Positions 1 to 4,024 of a DNA stretch of 6,541 nucleotides are shown piece after piece. The stretch is from an uncultured archaeon (GTDB taxonomy: Archaea; Iainarchaeota; Iainarchaeia; Iainarchaeales; 0-14-0-20-30-16). The stretch lies in NCBI GenBank assembly GCA_964565125.1, contig CAZMCX010000044.1, positions 1 to 6,541 of the forward strand, read 5' to 3'. The stretch's first letter is position 1; each line of letters opens with the position of its first letter. The translations under genes and the position numbers were made by a program. The notes under the pieces were generated by a model. It saw nothing but the letters and a program-made list of their open reading frames with translations, did not search any database and was not told the DNA's origin.

Positions 1-7
1 ATAAAAT

Positions 8-23
8 AAAAAAAGAAAAAAAA
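8..23 (-). terminator. Oligo-T tracts just downstream of the dnaG stop codon, a candidate archaeal-style termination signal
   Basis: The + strand reads A7 (8-14) and A8 (16-23), so the transcribed minus strand reads T8 then T7, starting 5 nt after the TAA at 31..29. Archaeal RNA polymerase is known to terminate at oligo-T runs. No stem-loop was evaluated. The window edge prevents seeing what follows. Confidence 0.4.
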
Positions 24-28
24 GAAGA

Positions 29-1435
29 TTATTCAAGGGAAGTTATATTTATCCCCTTGATCTTACTCATCTTTCCTACTTTAAGGCCAACTATCTCAGC
101 TACGCCTTTTGATTTAGCCATTTCTGCCAGTCTCTTTGTAATTATCCCATCAAAGATTATCATTGAAATGTTCTTCTTCTCTTTAAGGCCTTTCATCAAG
201 TCCTTTACAGCAACACATTCAACGAACTTTCCTTGGGTGTAGAAGTTTGCTTTAAGTTTTCCTTTTAGCTTATTTAGTTCATCAAGAATATCAACGCCTT
301 CTATAAGCTTTCTATCTTGTGCAGGTCTCTGTGGCTGTTCTCTTGGTTTAAACAAAGGCTTACTAAAGAATGTTCTTTCTTCTCTTCTTTCATTTCTAAA
401 CTCTGGCCTTTTATATTCTTGCTTTGGTTCTACAGGGGGCTTTACATCTTCCTTTTTTGCTTCTTCCCTTTTTGGCTCTGATGCCCCAGGAGTAAACTCA
501 GTTGGTTTTTTGTCAACCCAAGCAATATCTGGCTTTCCGTTTGACTTTTCTTCTATGATTGGGGAGTTATCCAAATCAGATAGTTCAATATCCATGGACC
601 CTGCAGAAGTTTCTTTCTTTGTTTGTATTATTGGCATTTTCTTCTTCAGGCACATTAAGATTTCTTTCTTTGTTAATTCCTCGACTTCCTTTCCGTGTGG
701 AGCTCTTGCAATGAAATCTACACTTGTCATCTGCATTAGTTTCTTTAGGTTTAGTTCTCCGCCTCTGTCCCCATCAATGAATGCCAAGCAGGTTTTCTTA
801 TTACATAAATCAACTATTGTTCTAGTTATATTTGACCCACCAAATGCAACAACGTTCTTTATGTTATATTTTAACAAATTTATTACATCCGCTCTTCCCT
901 CTACCAATATAATCTCTTCAGATTCATTTATTGTTGGGCCACAAGGAACTTTATCAAACCCGTAGCTTGTGATTTCAGCAGATCTTACTTCTTCTTCAAC
1001 TTCTCTTGTAATCTCTTGACTATCTGGAATTTGATCTTTTATTAAAGTAGATAACAAAGATTTTGCTCTCAAAATTATGTTCTTTCTCTTTACAGTTCTG
1101 GTATCCTCTATTTTTTCAGTAATGAATTCTGCATCACAAGGCCCTACCTTGTCTACTGCTTCTATTGTTGCTGCCAAAATTGCAGTTTCAACCATATCTG
1201 CACTCGATGGGATCTCTATTGTTCCTACTGAACTACCATTATTAGATTCTACAGATAATTCAATTCTTCCAATCTTTCCATTACTTTGCAACTCTTTTAA
1301 GGACAAATCCTCGCCAGTTAGGCCTTCACTTTGCCCAAAGATTGCTCCGATTATATCATGCTTTTCAACTACACCTTTTACCTTAAATTTTTGATAAATA
1401 ATGTATTTAGTATGACTCATATATGTTTTTGCCAT
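29..1435 (-). CDS. dnaG: Archaeal-type DnaG primase-like TOPRIM protein (archaeal DnaG is also known as an exosome-associated protein)
   Basis: 468-aa ORF with an ATG start and TAA stop. The N-terminal blocks KGVVEKHDIIGAIFGQSEGL and VETAILAATIEAVDKVGPC match the archaea-specific DnaG N-terminal domain as I recall it from Sulfolobus DnaG (EGIVEKTDVIGAIFGQTENL). TOPRIM signatures are IILVEGRADVINLL (conserved Glu) and FIDGDRGGE (DxD), at about nt 671-916. The conserved C-terminal block is MIIFDGIITKRLAEMA. A perfect GGAGG lies 7 nt upstream of the ATG. Confidence 0.93.
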   Translation of the reverse strand: MAKTYMSHTKYIIYQKFKVKGVVEKHDIIGAIFGQSEGLTGEDLSLKELQSNGKIGRIELSVESNNGSSVGTIEIPSSADMVETAILAATIEAVDKVGPCDAEFITEKIEDTRTVKRKNIILRAKSLLSTLIKDQIPDSQEITREVEEEVRSAEITSYGFDKVPCGPTINESEEIILVEGRADVINLLKYNIKNVVAFGGSNITRTIVDLCNKKTCLAFIDGDRGGELNLKKLMQMTSVDFIARAPHGKEVEELTKKEILMCLKKKMPIIQTKKETSAGSMDIELSDLDNSPIIEEKSNGKPDIAWVDKKPTEFTPGASEPKREEAKKEDVKPPVEPKQEYKRPEFRNERREERTFFSKPLFKPREQPQRPAQDRKLIEGVDILDELNKLKGKLKANFYTQGKFVECVAVKDLMKGLKEKKNISMIIFDGIITKRLAEMAKSKGVAEIVGLKVGKMSKIKGINITSLE

Positions 1436-1505
1436 TAATATTCCTCCTTATATATTGATGACCTGTTGCAATTTTGATTTTTATCATAAATTGCCAACTT
1501 GCCAT
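1407..1505 (-). CDS. Hypothetical 32-codon upstream ORF (MASWQFMIKIKIATGHQYIRRNINGKNIYESY) that overlaps the dnaG start out of frame; possibly a leader peptide or a non-functional duplication relic
   Basis: I translated this by hand. ATG is at 1505..1503 and TAA at 1409..1407. It is preceded by exactly the same GGAGGAATATTA sequence that precedes the dnaG ATG. It sits in a different frame from dnaG (70-nt offset) and overlaps the first 29 nt of dnaG. I recognise no homology, and short ORFs are common in AT-rich sequence. Confidence 0.2.
   Translation of the reverse strand: MASWQFMIKIKIATGHQYIRRNINGKNIYESY
1429..1447 (-). repeat. Copy 1 of a perfect 19-bp direct repeat (minus strand GGAGGAATATTAATGGCAA), containing the dnaG SD, start codon and first codons
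   Basis: The + strand ttgccattaatattcctcc at 1429-1447 is identical to 1499-1517. The flanking bases differ on both sides (1428 t vs 1498 c; 1448 t vs 1518 a). Confidence 0.95.
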
Positions 1506-1517
1506 TAATATTCCTCC
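1499..1517 (-). repeat. Copy 2 of the 19-bp direct repeat, a duplicated SD+ATG module 70 bp upstream of the dnaG start
   Basis: Same 19-mer as 1429-1447, read directly from the sequence. It lies 5 nt downstream (minus-strand sense) of the T8 tract that follows the DUF167 gene. Confidence 0.95.
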
Positions 1518-1522
1518 AATGT

Positions 1523-1530
1523 AAAAAAAA
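1523..1530 (-). terminator. T8 tract 8 nt after the DUF167 gene stop, a candidate archaeal terminator or attenuation point between the DUF167 gene and dnaG
   Basis: The + strand A8 at 1523-1530 reads as T8 on the transcribed minus strand, following the TGA at 1541..1539. Whether it terminates or allows read-through into dnaG cannot be judged from sequence. Confidence 0.35.
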
Positions 1531-1538
1531 GAATTAGG

Positions 1539-1754
1539 TCACTCGACAAGGACTATCTTCTTATGAGAAGTATGCCCCCGAAGCAAAGTTACTTTGCTTT
1601 TAAAATGCTTTTCAAGCAGAACTATCAAAGCCTTATTGGCCTCTCCTTTCTCTGCTTTTGCTTTTAATTTTGCTTTTAATATTCCATTTTCCTCAAAAAC
1701 CTCATTGGTTTTCGAACTCGGTATTACCTTAATTTCATATACCTTTTTATCCAT
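1539..1754 (-). CDS. DUF167 / YggU-family (UPF0235) small protein
   Basis: The sequence from M22 of the 92-aa ORF is MDKKVYEIKVIPSSKTNEV...LKAKLKAKAEKGEANKALIVLLEKHFKSKVTLLRGHTSHKKIVLVE. It matches the YggU/DUF167 pattern (v.v.P.akk.ei...l.v.v.a.P..G.AN.ali..La..l....v.i..G.tsr.K.v.i). I chose the ATG at 1754 (71 aa) because family members begin only a few residues before the 'V.V.P' strand. The longer ORF start at 1817 adds 21 residues (MHCNKLYIKELGFIILKRYFL) with no family resemblance and would sit on the TATA-like elements. Confidence 0.75.
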   Translation of the reverse strand: MDKKVYEIKVIPSSKTNEVFEENGILKAKLKAKAEKGEANKALIVLLEKHFKSKVTLLRGHTSHKKIVLVE

Positions 1755-1852
1755 TAAAAAATACCTTTTTAGTATAATAAAACCTAATTCTTTTATATAT
1801 AATTTGTTGCAATGCATATATATATTAATAGGTTATTCTAAATGTGATTATT
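1755..1852. promoter_or_regulatory. Divergent intergenic promoter region between the DUF167 gene (-) and thiI (+), with TATA-box-like elements facing both ways
   Basis: ttttatatataa at about 1791-1802 and atatatatattaata at about 1816-1830. The latter is centred about 30 bp upstream of the thiI ATG (1853), which fits archaeal TATA-to-TSS spacing with a very short or absent leader. On the minus strand, TTTATTATA (about 1781-1773) lies about 23 bp upstream of the DUF167 ATG. In sequence this AT-rich, TATA-like strings also occur by chance. Confidence 0.5.
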
Positions 1853-2992
1853 ATGAGTCTTACAAATCCAGTTATTGTTATACATTATAATGAAATTGCA
1901 ACAAAAGGGGAAAACAGAATCCACTTTGAGAAAGCCCTTGTAGATCACATAAACAAAAAGCTCGCCGGAATAACTACAAAAAAGGCAAAGAGAAACTATG
2001 GAAAAATTATTTTGGATGCCAATAACGAAAAAATTATTGAAGTTCTTAAAAAAATTCCTGGAATCCAAAATATTGGCATTGGCTTCTTTATTGATCTTGA
2101 TTTGAAAAAAATAGAAAAAATTCTTGACAAAGTAGTGACAAAAAAGGAAACTTATAGAATCTCCACAAAAAGGCAAAACAAAAAGTTTGAATTAACTTCC
2201 CCGGAAGTAAACAAAAAACTTGCAGATTATTTAATTTCCAAAGGCTTTAAAGCAGATATTACAAAATTCACAAAAGAGATTTTCATTGAGATTTGTAGTG
2301 ATAAGATTTACATTTTCTTTGATAAAATTACCTGCTTAGGTGGCTTGCCAATTACAAAAGATGGGAAGGTTCTATCTCTTCTTTCAGGAGGAATAGATAG
2401 CCCAGTGGCATCATATCTGATTTCAAAAAGAGGCACAATAGTCCATTACATCCATTTCTTTAATGACACCATTAATTCCCGTGCAGCATTAGACAAAATA
2501 AAAAAGTTAGTCACAAAATTAACAGAATATCAGCTTGATTCAAAACTTTATATTGTCCCTTTTAAAGATTTACAAAAAGAAATTATTCTAAAGATTCCCT
2601 CGAAATACAGAATGTTAGTATACAAAAGATACATGTTCAAAATTGCAAACGCACTTGCAAGAAAAGAAAACTACAAAGCACTAATTACAGGGGATAATTT
2701 AGGGCAAGTAGCATCCCAAACTTTAGATAATATAAAAACAACTTATTCTGCATCATCAATACCAGTCCTGCATCCACTTATTGGTTTTGACAAGCTAGAA
2801 ACAATTGATCTTGCAAAGAGGATTGGAACATATGAGATTTCAATACTCCCTTATGAAGATTGCTGCTCTCTTTTGGTGTCACAACATCCAGAAACAAGAT
2901 CAAAATTAGAAGATTTAGAAAGAATGGAAAAAGAAATTAACCCAGAATTAATAAAAGAGGCAATTAGGAAAATAGAAAAAATAAAATTTTAA
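1853..2992 (+). CDS. thiI: tRNA 4-thiouridine (s4U8) synthase ThiI in the minimal form: N-terminal ferredoxin-like/THUMP region plus PP-loop ATP pyrophosphatase domain, with no rhodanese domain
   Basis: The N-terminus VIVIHYNEIATKGENRIHFEKAL matches the ThiI opening motif (yGEi.lKG.NR..Fe). The PP-loop SGGIDSPVA is at nt 2384-2410. ITGDNLGQVASQTLDN matches the ThiI TGE.LGQVASQTL block. YEDCCSLL (Cys-Cys at nt 2861-2866) corresponds to the E. coli Cys344 region. The six-frame ORF opens at a GTG (1844), but I prefer the first ATG at 1853 (379 aa), which is preceded by GTGAT with 4-nt spacing. Confidence 0.9.
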   Translation: MSLTNPVIVIHYNEIATKGENRIHFEKALVDHINKKLAGITTKKAKRNYGKIILDANNEKIIEVLKKIPGIQNIGIGFFIDLDLKKIEKILDKVVTKKETYRISTKRQNKKFELTSPEVNKKLADYLISKGFKADITKFTKEIFIEICSDKIYIFFDKITCLGGLPITKDGKVLSLLSGGIDSPVASYLISKRGTIVHYIHFFNDTINSRAALDKIKKLVTKLTEYQLDSKLYIVPFKDLQKEIILKIPSKYRMLVYKRYMFKIANALARKENYKALITGDNLGQVASQTLDNIKTTYSASSIPVLHPLIGFDKLETIDLAKRIGTYEISILPYEDCCSLLVSQHPETRSKLEDLERMEKEINPELIKEAIRKIEKIKF

Positions 2993-2996
2993 GATA

Positions 2997-4010
2997 TTAA
3001 AATATTTTCAATACATCCAACTGCTTGCATTTACACTTCTTTCCTAATAATTCAGACACAGAAGGTATTGATCTGCCTTGGTCCCCTGAAATAAACTCTT
3101 TTATGTATAAACCCGCGTCAGCTTTTACCCAAATTTTAAATTCATTTTCAGAAACAAGTTCTACTTTCTTTATCTTTCCAACTCTTTCTCTAATTAAATC
3201 ACTCCTTCTTGCAGAAACCCGCTCTGGAGTTCTCTGTTTTACATAATGCTTTCCTTTTAACTTCTTTAATTCTTCTTTTGAAATCTTTGTATCACATTCA
3301 ATTAAAGCCAGGTATAATTTCTTATGGCCTGCTTGTTTTATTTTCTCAATTTTTTCTACTTTGCACAATTTCATTTTGTGTATCTGAATATCTTTTTCAT
3401 TAAGGTTTATTTTTTTTTCTAATTCTTTTAATTCTTTTTTACTTATCTTTCTTTTTCTGGGTTCAATAAGTTCCAAAACAAAAGGCCTACCATTCCCAAG
3501 CATTAAAACATCTATGTCTTCTCGCCCCGCCCCATGGAATTTCATTTCTTCTGCAACAAAAAAATCCACAAAATAACCTTTCAAAATTTCTTCCATGGAA
3601 GTTTCTGAAAGTTTCCCTTGACCTTTGCACAATTTACAACCCTTTCCTCTACAGGCATAACAAAAATAATATGTTTGTGGCAATTCTCTAGAATATTTAT
3701 TATATTTTCCAAACACATAAACTGGCTTAAAAATATATTCTATTTTTTTCCCAATAAAATCAATAATTATCAAAATATCTTTATTTTTATAATCTATTTT
3801 TTTATTTAGTTCTTTTGAAATTTTGTTAACAAGTTCTTTTTGAAATTCCGTTCTTAATTTCTTTTTTTGTTCTTCGTCTAATCCCTTGGGATACCCAACC
3901 CCCAAAGAAAAAGAGGAAAAATCATAACCTTTTAATTTTTTAGAAATTTCAGAAAAAAAATAGTCCACAGAAAAATCTTGGTTTTCAAATTTTGTAAGCA
4001 TTTTCATCAT
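2997..4010 (-). CDS. pus10: tRNA pseudouridine synthase Pus10 (archaeal Psi54/Psi55 synthase), short 337-aa form
   Basis: The catalytic-core motif HGAGREDIDVLMLGNGRPFVLE (nt about 3480-3527) is the Pus10 signature (GREDvDvRmLGnGRPF), followed by QRTPERVSARRSDLIRER and ADAGLYIKEFISGD (Pus10 C-terminal blocks R.P.RV..RR.d..R.r and agtYIKEfv.Gd). A four-Cys knuckle CYACRGKGCKLC sits at nt 3627-3662. The ATG is 14 nt downstream of the leuS stop on the same strand. Confidence 0.88.
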   Translation of the reverse strand: MMKMLTKFENQDFSVDYFFSEISKKLKGYDFSSFSLGVGYPKGLDEEQKKKLRTEFQKELVNKISKELNKKIDYKNKDILIIIDFIGKKIEYIFKPVYVFGKYNKYSRELPQTYYFCYACRGKGCKLCKGQGKLSETSMEEILKGYFVDFFVAEEMKFHGAGREDIDVLMLGNGRPFVLELIEPRKRKISKKELKELEKKINLNEKDIQIHKMKLCKVEKIEKIKQAGHKKLYLALIECDTKISKEELKKLKGKHYVKQRTPERVSARRSDLIRERVGKIKKVELVSENEFKIWVKADAGLYIKEFISGDQGRSIPSVSELLGKKCKCKQLDVLKIF

Positions 4011-4024
4011 CTTTTCCGTGGATT

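Noticed and set aside
57-1394. Plus-strand ORFs of 61, 151 and 105 aa (57-242, 510-965, 1077-1394) lying inside dnaG on the opposite strand
   Set aside because: They are antisense shadows of a well-supported Lys/Glu-rich gene. Their translations are Phe/Ser/Ile/Leu-rich low-complexity strings with no recognisable motif and no convincing SD or promoter. Long antisense ORFs are expected opposite AAR/GAR-rich coding sequence.
1449-1457. TATATAA-like element (minus strand) just upstream of the dnaG SD, considered as a dnaG TATA box that would give a leaderless mRNA starting at Met6 (ATG 1420)
   Set aside because: It is centred only about 18 bp from ATG 1435, so a start about 25 bp downstream would skip the perfect GGAGG-N7-ATG site. 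The SD-led Met1 start is the simpler reading. Such strings are frequent in this AT-rich DNA. Alignment to other DnaG N-termini does not discriminate between Met1 and Met6.
1755-1817. 21-codon N-terminal extension of the DUF167 ORF (start at ATG 1817, MHCNKLYIKELGFIILKRYFL)
   Set aside because: The extension has no counterpart in the YggU/DUF167 family as I know it, would begin inside the TATA-like elements of the divergent promoter, and leaves almost no room for a thiI promoter. The internal ATG at 1754 is preferred, but the longer form is not strictly excluded.
1594-2176. ORFs 1594-1890 (+, 98 aa) and 1838-2176 (-, 112 aa) spanning the divergent promoter and overlapping the DUF167 gene and thiI
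   Set aside because: Both overlap strongly supported genes in antisense and run through the TATA-rich intergenic region. Their translations (…FFYFFQIKINKEANANILD…, …FSAFAFNFAFNIPFSSK…) look like compositional artefacts.
2999-3008. Perfect 10-bp palindrome aaaatatttt at the thiI/pus10 junction
   Set aside because: It is a pure A/T palindrome of trivial length in about 70% AT sequence, it lies inside the pus10 coding 3' end, and it cannot form a stable hairpin. I find it not meaningful as an operator or terminator stem.
3411-3418. Homopolymer runs inside coding regions (for example T8 at 3411-3418, which is A8 in pus10 sense) considered as frameshift or phase-variation sites
   Set aside because: All five ORFs are intact across these runs, and the runs simply encode Lys-rich segments (…EKKIN…). 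There is no sign of a disrupted frame or pseudogene.
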